Assembly: GCF_021869535.1 (NCBI RefSeq)
Contig: NW_026262701.1
Span: 9,486,001 to 9,550,000 of the forward strand
Length of the DNA: 64,000 bases
Reading direction: 5' to 3'
DNA from: Mytilus californianus
Lineage: Eukaryota
The notes under the pieces were generated by a model. It ran no database searches. It was not told where the DNA came from and saw only the letters and a program-made list of their open reading frames with translations. Both the position numbers and the translations under genes were made by a program. This document shows, in pieces, positions 49,441 through 62,829 of this stretch. Within the stretch, counting starts at the first letter, position 1, and each line of letters starts with the position of its first letter.

Positions 49441-49480
49441 GTACCTGATGAAGTCTATATCAGAAACACGAGTCATGCAC
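49441..49480 (+). ncRNA. Hammerhead-like motif (variant family)
   Basis: GTAC-CTGATGA-AGTCTATATCA-GAAA-CACGA-GTC-ATGCAC; core boxes intact, stems imperfect. Confidence 0.5.
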
Positions 49481-51719
49481 AGTGTATTGACATGGTATGC
49501 ACATTACTTGATTTAATAGCATCCTTGTAAACAGCAACCTCTCTTAAAGGAAATCATGATAAGAAACGTTAACTTTGAAATATGGGTATCAACTTAAGAT
49601 GAAACTTTTATTATAAATATACGTTGCATGTCATGTCATACATTAATCAGATCTTGTAAATAAGGAACAATCTAAAGGAACTAAACATGTCGGTGAATTA
49701 ATCTTACTTGACAAAGATAGATATTACATATGCATTTCCTACAAAATTAACATATTTCAGCTGTGTAATGTAATACACAAAAGCGATTAGTATTTTGAAC
49801 CTATTCATCACTTAGTATGTGCAATAAATGTCAACACGAATAATAAAGGTAACATTTTACACGTACCCCATACTAGCGGTTGACATTGAACGACGAAAAG
49901 GTTTCATATTTTTAACATGTTCTTTGGTACTTTTTTCATAGAAAACTTCTGTAAATTAACTTTTTCAAGATTGATTTATTTACTTGACATTTGCGAGTAG
50001 AAAAATAAGGCGAAAATAAATTACAGCGAATTTGTCCCACTTTTATGTTCTTATAAATGAATAAACCAATTAAGTTAGAATATCGATTGCATTTTAAGCA
50101 AATAAATATATATGGTATCAACTGGGATTATATAATGGATATTATAAAACCTACTGTTTAACAAAGATATTACAAATGCATACCTACAGATTTAACATAT
50201 TTCAACTGAAATAATGTAATACACAGAAGCGATAAGTATTTTAACCATCTTTTAGTTTGTGCAATAAATGTCAACACCCATAATAGGAGGTATCATTTTA
50301 TACGTACCCCATACTAGTGGTTGACATTGTACGACAAAAAGGTTTCATATTTGTGGTATCAACTGGAATAATATAATGGAATGAATAAAACCTAATATTT
50401 TCTTATGAAATTCGACACCTGCTCTTCACCGTTAATGTAAACACGCTAAATATCAACATATGTTATAACACTTGTTTTGTTAGGAATTGGTGCAGTGGGT
50501 CATGACTTAGTTACATAACTGAATATGAATTAAAAACAAGGTCAAATAAAAACAATTACATATTTCTTAAAGAATGAAAACAACAGGTTATAAATTTCAT
50601 GAGTCCGAAGCGCTTTTCTGGATTTAAAGTATTGAACTTAAAAAATCGACTATTAAGGAGCATTGTATAAAGCTATTATGTTTGTTATTTACTACATAAA
50701 AAAATAATGAAATAACTTTGAAAAACGCTTGAGTCAATAAATTTTTCACATATCAACAAAATGTTGTTCTACTTCTTATAACATACGTTATTATTTATGA
50801 TGTATAATTACTGCTAAATATTCTGAACTGCTACAAAAACAAACGCCAACATACATAGAAACGGACAATTTGATAACAACTGCCATATTCCTGACTTGGT
50901 ACAGGACATTTTAAGAACAAAATTGGGGGTTGAACCTGGTTTGATGGCTAGCCAAACCTCCCGCGTATATGGCAATGTTTAAATTACATTTTTTTATGTA
51001 GCTATTGGTTATAAAGTTCCTCACGTATTCAAGTACTTTTACATCCTTAGGTTTCCAATGTTTGTGTGTGAGCGTTAATGATGAGGTAAAATACAGAAAA
51101 CGCGAAGAAAAGACTCAAGGTAGTAATCAACAATCATAAGTCCAATAAAATACCATAGCCAAAAAAAACGAAATAAACCCAACAATAATAAAATTACTAC
51201 ACAAAAAACTAAAGATTGATCAAAACTAACCCTAACAACAATCGGGGGGCCTCGATTGCAACAGAAGGGTAGGCCATTCCTTCTCCACTAGTGAAACCGC
51301 CGTATATGGTGTTAAGTTATCAAAGAGTTATCTTAATTTGTTTAGTAGTTATCATTATGGGATATGTATGAGTTATGTATGTATGATTATAAAGCGAATA
51401 CTTCATTTCTATGTAGCAACATTCCAGCAGTGCCTGCATGCATATGGAGTTGAAACGATATTCCAGGGCTCGTATTTCCTATCATGATTTCCTTGATAGA
51501 GGGTTGCTGCTCACAAGGAAGCTATTAAACCAAGAGTTCCAACATTGACCGGGGTCTTGATGAGGATATTTGTTTATAGGATTCCAAAGTAAAAGTACAC
51601 ATATCAAACCCAATTCATTTTACTTATGATCCACCCCATGATGTCTATAGTTCCCCGAGTCTATTAACCAACAACATAAGATATCTGGATGGAACGTACA
51701 TTACATTTTGTAAATTTCG

Positions 51720-52035
51720 TGCGTTCGCAGCGCTTTACTGAACCCACCTTCATCAGAAAAGCTCAAAACCAAACACTTGAAAATCAAGGACATAAAAAAA
51801 CCTTGATGAGCTATATGACCAACAGGGACCTCAAAATAAGGCCAATAAATTCATCTAAGGTCATCATTGCCGGAGGGGAGTTGGAACAGTACCAAAGCTT
51901 TGACTTCGAAGATGATTATATACAAACAGTCTACCAGCAATGATATCGATCCAGTGCTAGTAAACAAAAACACTTTATAAATTACCTGCATCCGAAGCGC
52001 TTTTCTGGATTCAATTTCAGCAGCAACGCTCATAT
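51720..52035 (-). ncRNA. Retrozyme-like monomer (about 267 bp) bounded by two decayed hammerhead-like motifs
   Basis: GCGTT.CTG(A/C)TGAA...CCAG(A/T)AAAGCGC-TTC-GGA(C/T)GC-type motifs at 51720-51765 and 51987-52032; partial copies at 50603 and 51068. Confidence 0.55.
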
Positions 52036-54488
52036 CCAAACTTTTGAACGCCAAGGATGTATAAATGTATAAACATGTGAGGAGCTATAAAACAGACGCA
52101 AAGTTTTCTGCTATTGAAAGTAGTTTCGCCGAATGATTGTACAAAAGAGTTATGCCTATATCAACTACATATGTGACAGTTTAAGATTCCTACTATGAGA
52201 AAATGTTTCACGTATTGCTCATCAATTACTCAGAAAAAAAAACAGTAAACAATACTTTTCTGGAAGGTCAGTTCCTTATATTATAGTATTGATTTAAAAG
52301 GTATATCAATATGGAAGTGATATGAGTATATTTAGATTTGGAACTAAACTATGAAATTTTTTAGATACACAATGAAAAATCAGGATGAATAAATTGAAAC
52401 ATGAAAATCACATGCATATTTACTAAGCCATGATAATTTCCGGTATTCTTGCCTCAATATTCTACAATGAAAATGTTCATTGTTTAATGTTGGAGTTAAA
52501 ATATTGATTTCAATATTTTATTTGCTGGTATTTTGCATAAAAAGTTAGGCATTCCGATGATTCTTTCGGAAAACTCTTAACTAAATCGTGGCCAACTGCA
52601 CCAAATTCATGACAAAATCACTGCAATAAACATTCCTCTGTTAGCTGTGTTTATATTTTATGTGACACATACTCAACCTTGACGTACGCAAAAAGGTTTA
52701 ATATATTGAAAGCCACCAATTGTATAGTGCCGTTCTCCTAGGAACAATCACTGAACTTTTATGAAAGCATTCTTGTTTTATCAACTGCATGAACCATTTG
52801 ACAAATTTTATTGAGCATTCCATACATTAAAATTTTTTTCAAATAAACGCGAGAATGAGATATACGTCAAAAAGACATCATCAAAGCAACAAAAGACTTA
52901 AAAATAATGATACAAAACCACTTTAAAAAGAAACGATGTACTATGAGTACATGGTGTTTAACCCTTTGAAGAGGGCCTGGTTTTGTGGATACTTAACCTT
53001 CTCTTCACGATAAAATAAAAGTGTGGTTCCAGCAAAACAATCTTCAAACAATATTGTTTTATTTTTTATGCAAAGTCGTTATTTGAATTGACTAACAACA
53101 AAAAAAATAACAGAAAATCTGAGAACATCATTTACACCAACAAATCTGTAAGTATTATTTCATTATTCTACATTGATCACGAAAGAGGAGATTTTAGAAA
53201 ATCACAAATCTTGTGTTCTCACCTTTGGTTTTGACATACAAACATACAAAAGGGTAAATCTCTCTTCCTTATATTGCAAACCAAAAACTTCACAAAAATG
53301 TAAAGAACAATACATTGCATAGTCATCTATATATCCAAAATTATTACTACGATTCTTTCTTACGTGATAGGTAGCCGTCAAAAATTTGAAATGCAGTATT
53401 AGTGTTAATTAGATTTGGACTCTAAATTTTATAGATTCAATCCGAAATTTTCAACACAATCAGTATTATTTTGCTCAAATAAAAAATAATGTTTGATTTG
53501 TCTACACTCACAAACTATTCGTGATGCTCAATTAAAAGAATGACTATTTATCATTGCTCTCCCAAAAAGCAATCGTTAACACAAACTTCTATTGTGTCTT
53601 ATTGTGAAGTGTTTCCAAAATGCTGACTTTTTTATATCGCCTTTTTGTTTATTCGAATTTGGTGAACTGATATTAAATATACAGTCGATATTACAATGGG
53701 TTCGAATTTTGCATTACCTACTGATCAACTTGCTTTTATATTCATATGAATCATGCTATCTTCTCTCATCACGATTTTCCCCTTCGAATTTGCGTTATGC
53801 TATTGCCGTATTTCTAACAACAGGTGTCGTGGTTAAGGTTACTGCATACGAAAAAAAAATGTCTGTGAATAAGAGTACACAATGTATGGGAAGACAAAAA
53901 TTCAGTATCAGTACATATCTAAAGATTTAGATAAAACAAAGGATTTGAAAGTCTATGCACACATGTTTTACTGTAAATCTTGGCCATCCAAGTTTGTAAA
54001 ACGTATTAAGACTTTTGTTAATCTGAATGATTATAAAACTTTCAGCTATATGCCTATGCAGCAGAACAATCCCATACTTCTCACCTGCAATAACTGCCCT
54101 TTTTGATAATCTGAATACCGTTCTTTTATTGGTTAAAAGACAAGGTTGTAATTTACATGCATCTTCATAAATACTCTTTCTTAATACAATGACAATATTA
54201 AGAGGCGGAAAACGTTTTATCTACTCAGGTAAAGGATAATTCTTTAAGGTATCGTGTATATTTATTATAGATTAAGCATACTGTGCAAATAAGTGATATA
54301 ACTGATTTTTAGTTGTTTTTTCCTGAAAAGATGTTACAATGATTTGACAGCAGTTTCCTTGATGAATATCATTCGCTAAAGCATGGTTTCAACTATTGTT
54401 TGACATGAGTTTATATGTTTTGTTGCAAATTATTGTTGTACATAAGATCCGGTTAGCCATATATTTACGCTTGCTATACACAAGGAAA

Positions 54489-56331
54489 ATGTACTTAAAA
54501 CTACTTACTACTTGTAATATATTAGTTACTGGACTTTGGTTAATATTAAATTTAATCAAACTGACAAGACGAACTGAATTCTTCAGATTGGAGTATCAAT
54601 TTGAAAACCAATGAACAAATCGGTTTAATGAGCATTTCATTTAAACCTACTGAAATTTTGAAAAGGTTTGAAAGCATAGACAACTGGAACAGTTCCTTTA
54701 ATATTTTACAAAAAGATAACTCTATGTTGAGAATATTTTGTCTTGTTCATCATGTTCATGGTGGAGCCAATCTAAAGTTTTCAGAATTTAGGAATTTCGC
54801 AGTACGGTTACCCTCTTCATATCTAATTGACTTGAATGTTATCTGTGTTGGTGGATACGTTAGGTTTCCTTGGCCATTTAGAGCTCACAAACTCAAAAGG
54901 ATTTATATAAAATACTGTGTAATACGAGAATTTCGTCGAGAATTTAAAGACAACGCTTTTGATAGAATTCCAGATGCATTGCAATACGTACAAATAGAAA
55001 ATGCAACACTTATTGTTACTGTGAAAGAGCCAGCTGAGTCACTAGCTAAATCGGATAGCCCAATTACAAGAGCTGCTGAATGTGGACCAGAGAATGCTAA
55101 GATTATAATTCAAAGAGGAATATCTATAGAAATTAAAGAAGATCCTGATGAGTGGAAACAATTCAATAATAATACTTTCTACAACAATAATTTAAATATC
55201 CAAAAGACAAAGTGCATTTTTAAAAATCTTGACACGTTTGAAATAAGTGGTAGTAGGAGCTTGGGAAAAAATAAACTCAATAAAAACTATACACAGACAT
55301 TGCACTAAATCTCAAAGTGTTAAATTTCTCTAATAATGGATTGACTGACACCATATATAAGTTTGACAGCTGCTGGCGGGAACATTTTCCAGTCATGGAG
55401 TTTTTAGATTTCTCCAACAATCAGATGCAATCAATTCCATATATAAAAGATAATGGAATGGTTTGGAACAAGACATTGTCAGTCGGAATAATAGATATCA
55501 GACGGAATAAAATTACGTTCCTCACAAAGGAAGTACTTGATTCATTTTCATCCCACAAATTTGTTATGGTCGATATTAGAGAAAACCCATTTCGGTGTGA
55601 CTGTGGAACAATTGAGGTATTCAAGTATCTTTCTACCAAGACCATGTCAAAATCTTATGACTACTTCAGGTCCTTAGAGTGTGCAAGTATAATAAGCGTT
55701 AGCGGAGGTAAAATGTCAAGTCTATCTATCAATGACTTAAACTGTAGAAAAATAACGGTCGTAAATATTCCAGCCATCGTACTCAGTATTGTAACAATAA
55801 CAATAATCATATCTGTTGTTCTAATAATATATTTCAGAAATCTGATCAAATTTATTTCATTTACTCGACTAGGTATCAGGTTCGCATGTAATGTTTCAAA
55901 TTACGCGAAAGAGGACAGAGATTATGACGCGTGAGAAGGATGTCGACTGTGTTTTGCAATCGGCTATTCCTATGTTAGAAACAGCAGAAACTCGAAAAAC
56001 ATTTAGATTGTGCCTTCATCATCGAGATTTTGAAAAAGGTGAAACGATTGCAAATAACATCATCAAACGTGTTGAGAATAGCCATCAAACTATATTAATG
56101 ATTTCAAACAATTTTTTCAAAAGTAAATGGTGTATGATGGAGTTCAGAACGGCTTTACAGAAAAGTTTACAGGATAAAACCCGTCATCTGATCTTGATAA
56201 TGAAAGATATTGTCACCAAGGATAACATTGATTCCGATCTTAAAACCTGCATTCATTGTCTTACATATTTTGATATAAGAGATTTCTTGTTCTGGGACAA
56301 ACTGAAATACGTAATGTCATTCAGGCAATAA
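54489..56331 (+). pseudogene. Toll-like receptor (LRR-TM-TIR), three frameshifts
   Basis: Ectodomain homologous to genes 1 and 2 (FSEFRNF, FPWPFRA, DRIPD, AAECGPEN), NPFRCDC, TM, TIR (LCLHHRDF..G..IANNI, FFKSKWCMMEF, FWDKL); shifts at about 54560, 55282-55286 and 55932. Confidence 0.88.
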
Positions 56332-56709
56332 TGTTTTGCATAATTCTTTTTGCATCTCTTACCTTTTTCAATCGTTGAGTGACCTCTGCATGATACCTTT
56401 CTATATATTCGTTCATGTGCGTCGTCAAAACTTGAAATATTAGAATACCGGGAAAGCATACAGGCTATATCAAAGATATTTTGTCTGTGTTATAACCATA
56501 ACCGATAATATCATCAAAGGTTTTGAACAGCTATCTCACTATCTTATTTATTCTGTTGTTTTCTTGGATAGGTAATGGTGCATAATTGATTTTCTGCATG
56601 GAAAAAAATTAGAATAATTCAAATCATCTTGTTGAAATATATACATTTGGCACGACCTCAATGTTTTCATTGACAAGACACAATAGACACAATTGTACAA
56701 TATCTGAAG

Positions 56710-57185
56710 CATGCTTCTTTTAAATTCGCAATATTGAACGCATTCGAAGATTTATAACGGAGAACGCACGAACAACAGTTCACTGTTTACATGTCGTCTA
56801 AGCTATGGCAACGCCTTACTGTGCGCAAAAAATGCATCTGTATTATCTAAGTTGCAACTTGTTCAAAAAATAGCTGCTAGACTAATCGCCCGACATAAGA
56901 ATTGCAACCATATTGCACCAGTTATCATATCACTTCTTTGGCTTTAGTGCAATAGTTCTGTCAACATAAACTATTGATGTACACATTTCAAGCCATACAC
57001 AATCGTGCTTCTGTGTACCTCAAGAACTTGTCAGTTTGTACAAGCCGTATATGGCAGAGACGGCTATGCGTATACAACCACCGCGTGTACACACTATAAC
57101 TTACTGAGAAAGATTTTACAAAGCGACAACAGCTCTCTCGAACAAACTACTCTGCACTATGCTTTCAACATTGCTTCATCTAAGT
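56710..57185 (+). mobile_element. L2/CR1-group LINE ORF2 3' fragment
   Basis: RNIERIRRFITE, L.YGNALL, LQLVQKIAARLI, HIAPVIISLLWL, QHKLLMYTFQAIHNRA. Confidence 0.8.
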
Positions 57186-59217
57186 AAGAATTTTATCATG
57201 TTTTAGAACAGTTTGAAAGTTGTTTCATCTATGTAATTCTGTGACGTTTAATCATTCGCCTCATCTCTTGCCATATGTTTGAATTTGTTTATTGATATGA
57301 TTATTTGCGCTTAGAGAAATTTTATTTGATAACAAGCTTTATAAATATTGCATAATAAATGATAATCTTACCTGTAAGAGAAACATATCAAATCCTGAAC
57401 ACATATCAAAATGCTGTAACTAATAAAAAAACATTTCAAATGTTAATGCATATATGAAGCGCATTTGGGGCAAACGATACAGAAAAGATCTCTTGTTGGA
57501 TTTTACTTAAAATGTTTTCAAAAGGTCAATTTTGATGTGCGCTATCAAAATATGCAAAAGAAATGTCCCGATATGTCTTTCTTTTCGAAATATTTTGGTG
57601 TGAATTTAGGACTATTTGAAGAAAAAATAAAAATCTTTCATATTCATATACTTTGCTGAAAAAAATTAGTCTATAGTCTCTTAAGGTAACCAGTTGAAGG
57701 TAAATCAAAACATAAGAATAGTGAAATCATGCAATAATCGATGAAAGAAAGCCGGAGCATGCAGAAAAAACCGTTGATTTTTTTCTTACAAGTTTGACAT
57801 GACATCCTCGAAGCATTATAAAACTGATTATAAAAGAAAAACAATTTGCGTGTGTTTTTTGGAAAGTATCAAAAAGCCCTTATTTTCTATACTATACATA
57901 GCATTTCTGTGTTTGGTCCAAAACAAGTCCCAGTGTATTGCTAATGCAACATCGTCGTTTTATTATTCTAGCAGTATACAACACTACACGGATCTTTGAC
58001 ATTAAATATACGTCCCCGGTTTTTGGTGCGGTTCGTGTTGCTCAGTCTTTAGTTTTATATGTTGTGTTTTGTATACTGCTATTTGTCTTTTGGTCGTTTT
58101 TATTTTTATTTTTTCCCATAGCAATGTCAGTTTTTCATTGAATATTTTTATGGCTGAAAAGTAACCAGTTGTTCGTTTAACTCGCGCTGTATGTCTAACC
58201 GTAGATTTTACGTGCTCCAAATAATATTGTTTTCGTTTGAGATTGCTTTCAATTTCACGTAACTAATTTGATAACGTATGCCCTAAAGTATCCTGCCAAA
58301 TCATTTGAAGAATTTTCAAGTGAATTAAAACTTTTCAAAGTGGGACAGCTACTAGTCAATAAAAGAGAACCGTCAGTTGTTAAGATATTCCAAATCGTTA
58401 GTTTCCCTCTATCAATTATTTAATAGAGTACCACTTCTTTTACGGAAACTAATTAACCAGGGATAATTAAAGGGAAAGCTGATAGTATAATTTGAAAATG
58501 TTACGATGGCCATCATGAAAATAATGTTGACCGTTATTAAATATTTCTGTTACAATCATATAGAAAATTCCGTCCTCTTTTCTTCGTTCATCCTCTTACA
58601 CGACTTGTCACTGACATTTTAGAAGTCATGAGTCAGGAATTTAGGCAGCAGTTGATTATCAATGTTCAAAAATCGATTAAAAAGAAACAAATCAAGGTAA
58701 AAAAAAAATTGAGGAACCCACATATACTCCAAAAGGAACTAGATCAGATGCGTCGACAGAGTTATCGTATCCTGATATGCCTGCATCACCCGCTATGCGC
58801 ATCCACACTCAGTCAAAATCTTCCAATCGGTAAAATTGGAGATGAGACGATTATTCTGGTATCTAAATGTCTGTGACTGCAGAAACAGATCAATCAAGAG
58901 TTTTGACAAAGACTCAGCGTATTGGCGAACCAATTCCTGGTAGTCAACTTTATGGGCCACTAGTACAAAGAATCTATATAAAAATAAGAAGATGTGGTAT
59001 GATTGCCAATGAGACAACTTTCCACCCAAGTTTAAATGAAGTGTATGTAAGTTATTATAGACAACCTCAACAATGAGGAAAAACCATACCGTATAGTTGG
59101 CTATAAAAGGCCCCGACGTGAAAAATAGGAAATAATTCAATTGAGAAAATTAACGGCCTAATTTATAACAACAAAAATTACAAAAAACAAATATGACAGA
59201 CATTAACCAACGACAGG

Positions 59218-59445
59218 TCGTTTCGGTCAACTAATTCGTGATCGTCAACCAATTCATGAGCAGGACGACAGATGTAGCTAGTACAAAGAATCTATAGATC
59301 GTTTTGGTCAACTTATTCGTGATTGTCAACCAATTCATGAGCAGGAAGACCGGTGTAACTAGTACAAGGAATCCATAGATCGTTTCGGTTAACGCATTCG
59401 TGATTGTCAACCAATTCACGAGCAGGACGACAGATGCATCATACA
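59218..59445 (+). repeat. 81-bp tandem repeat (about 2.8 copies, plus a diverged copy at about 58900-58975)
   Basis: Units start at 59218, 59299 and 59380. Confidence 0.9.
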
Positions 59446-60136
59446 TTTATTTATTCCTAATGTCGTAACTACAACCCCGTTCCCTTTTCGCGAATGTGAA
59501 CTACCGAATTAGTCTATTTACCGGGTTTATACTAACATAAGCAACACGACGGGTGCCACATGTGGAGCAGGATCTGCTTACCCTTTCGGAGCACCTGAGA
59601 TCAACCCAAAGTTTTTTGGTGGGGTTGCTTAGTCTTTAGTTTTCTATGTTGTGTTTTGTGTACTATTGTTTGTCTTTTTCTTTTTTAGCCATGGTGTTGT
59701 CAGTTTATTTTCGATTTATGAGTTTGAACGTCCCTCTGTTATCTTTCGCCCCTTTTTTAAGTCTGAAATGTGGAACATGGAAAAAAAAGGTACAAAAGGG
59801 GTGATTAATCAACTCATCAGTGGTGCTCGAATCAATACAGTTGAAAGGCCAAACCAATTACGAAGTTTAAGAGCATTACAAAAATATGAATATTCCATAA
59901 AGTGGTGCCAAATCAGGCTAAGGCTATCTTGACTTAGGGTCGTTAAAACGTAACTGTTTCAAAAGATTTTTTTTTATTTATGAACAATAAAATTCCAACG
60001 AAATTACCGTATCAAAGTGTTTCTTGTAAGTACAGTAACGCTGACTGTCTGGTGATATCCTCGGGTACGAAACGTTAACCGGCAGTGTCATCAACCCAGT
60101 GGTTGTAAAAACTCCACAAATTGTATCTTATAATTT

Positions 60137-60543
60137 GGTACACCTGACGAGTACTTCGATTACATAAGACCCATCGAACGCCAAATCAAGATAAAGAGCA
60201 TTTGGCAGTGAAAATCTCTGTTGCAAATCGTCCAGTAGCAGTGGCATAGACCGAGTGGTTATCAAAACGCAAAAACGCAAAAAATATCAGGCTCATTATC
60301 TGGTACGCCAGGTGAACGTTTTATCTATATGAGACTCATCAGTTGCGCTTAAATCAAAACAAGGTTGAGAAGCATTGAAGCCCAAAAGAAGAAACCTGAA
60401 TATTCCATCGGATTTTAACATTTTATGCGGGGTAAATTTTCGGGAAATGAGTGAATCAATATTAAATTCATCATAGATACCAGAATTACAATTTTGTACG
60501 CCAGACACGCGTTTCGTCTACAAAAGACTCATTAGTGACGCTC
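60137..60543 (-). ncRNA. Three tandem type I hammerhead-like motifs (retrozyme multimer remnant)
   Basis: Best copy 60496-60543: GAGCGTCA-CTAATGAG-TC-TTTTGTA-GAC-GAAA-CGCGT-GTC-TGGCGTAC; others at 60302-60349 and 60137-60182. Confidence 0.75.
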
Positions 60544-62829
60544 GAACGAAAAAAAAAGATAAAAGGGCCAATTACAGTACGAAATTGAAGAGCATTGACG
60601 ACCCTCAAATATAGCTGAGGTATAAAAAAAGAGAGGCGAAAGATACTAATTGGATATTCAAACTCATAAGTCATAAACAAACTGACAATGCCATGGCAAC
60701 AACCAAAAAATGATGAAAAGACAAACAACAGTACACAAAACACAACATAGAAAAGCAAAGATTGAGCAACACAAACCCCACCAATCTCAGATGTTCCGGA
60801 AGGGTAATCAGATCTTCTTCTATAAAAAATGCAAGCTCTGGGATATCGTTTCAACTGAGAGATATAGACTCCATATGCAGGCGCTACTGGAATGTTGCTA
60901 CATAAAATGGAAAGTTAACAAATTGGATGCATATATCATATCTTTGTGGTCAAGTTTTGTTTTCAACCGATACTCAATGTCAATTTCTAAATGCAAGCCA
61001 AGGTATGACTCAGACGTTGGTGATTTCTTGAAAGATTTTTTTGAAATTTCTGTGAAAATTGATTCCCCTTCAAAATATATTGCTAGATGTAAGTCAATAA
61101 TATTATACATCAGCAAATACTACAAAGTAAGCTAATGATTAAGCAACTAGAACCAACACAAAAAAAAATATGGAATAAACTTAGGTCTCTTGAAAGATGC
61201 ACAATTGTTGCTCCAGCAGTGATAATCCGTTGAAAAGTTGTGTTTGGTTATAGTGATGGCTAGGATTTTACTACGATAAGTGGAACATCACCATTGTCCT
61301 TTGTGTTAAACATATATATTCCAAAACGGATTCACTCATTTATTTAAATAAACATTGCATGCATAACACTTTCAAAAAAATACTTTAACTGACAAACAAA
61401 GAAACCTTTTTTAAATAGTTTTATTGTATATGTAAGCATCATTGAATGATTGTACATTTGTTTTGGTGGGGATCGTGTTGCTTAGTCTTTAGTTTTCTAT
61501 GTTGTGTCATCTGTACTATTATTTGTCTGTTTGTCTTTTTATTTTTGGCCATGGAGTTGTCAGATTGTTTTTGATCTGTACGTTTGACTGTCCCTCTGGT
61601 ATCTTTCGTCCCTCTTTTGTGCAGTACATATATACATGTATAAAACAAATAGAAAGCAATATTGTTTTTAGGAATAACAATTTTTACAGAAAATTAAAGA
61701 AGATCTTTCAAGAAATCCATATACATGACAAAACGATTACCTTTAAATTGTATGCCTTACTATGCTTAATATTACAAAAAAATCGATTGTATATACCTCA
61801 AAAAGTATTGAAGTGAACTGTGCCATTTTTTTTTATTCAGATGCAATAACACACATGTTCTACATGCTGGTAAATTTCATTTACATTCTCCTGCTTTAAG
61901 TCCGATCCACGTGTTTGGAGAATACATGACAGGCTCTTTGAAAGTCAAAGAAAAAGAGTAAGGTAGCATGTAACACATTGCAAATATTCATAATTTATCT
62001 ACATATATCTTTTTGAATTGCAAAAAAATATTAACCATCTGCCCTTTTTGTGTTGCTTTTTTTCAGATTTAACAAATCGGTATATGGTATATTAGAAATA
62101 TTTCTCTTGAAAAGGCATGAATTTTTGCCTATGTTTCTGACGTTGATACGTTCTATGAGAATATTCTGAGAACTTGTTTGCACTACTTTAGCTAACAGAT
62201 ATTTTACAATAAATATTTTGTGAATATGAAGTCGGCAACAAAATCGAAGATCGTCAAATTCAAGAACTGTTTGACAAGCTGTTCCGAAGAAGACAAATAC
62301 AATGTTAGGTTGACAAGTCTTATGAATTCTTTGTGAATTCCCGCCCACCACCTCAGTGCGCAGCAAACTTAACTTAATTAATCAATTAGTTTATGAGAAC
62401 AAATACTGCTGTTTTTTGCAATCGTTTTGACAGTTTGTAACGTCTTGACATGGATCCTTTACTATTGTTGTAATGACACATGTAACAAAAAAGTGACACT
62501 AGTAATCTTTAACGCAGGTATTATATAACATAATCTTGGAATTTATCCGCTATAGGTGTTTCACATAATATACCAATCCTATTGACGAACTTAATCAAAA
62601 ATTATTTAATTCTTTTACAACATATTTATTATAATGATGCAGAAATACATACAGGATAAACAACATTTTGAAATGGTATGATTTAAAATATATTTAACGT
62701 AATAAAGCAATAAATTATCTTCGGTTGTAACTGTATCAAAATCTTCAAATAGACACCCAACCACACCACACACAACCGAACATACACAGTTATTTGTACA
62801 AAGACATTTTGTTAATTACTTTGTCTTGT

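Noticed and set aside
49730-50390. Local about 440-bp-period duplication (also an 80-bp duplication at 42372 and 42590)
   Set aside because: Ordinary local duplications with no coding, terminal or structural signal.
62031-62366. 111-aa minus-strand ORF between the TLRs
   Set aside because: No LRR, TM or TIR motifs align convincingly with the paralogs; cannot be supported as a gene.
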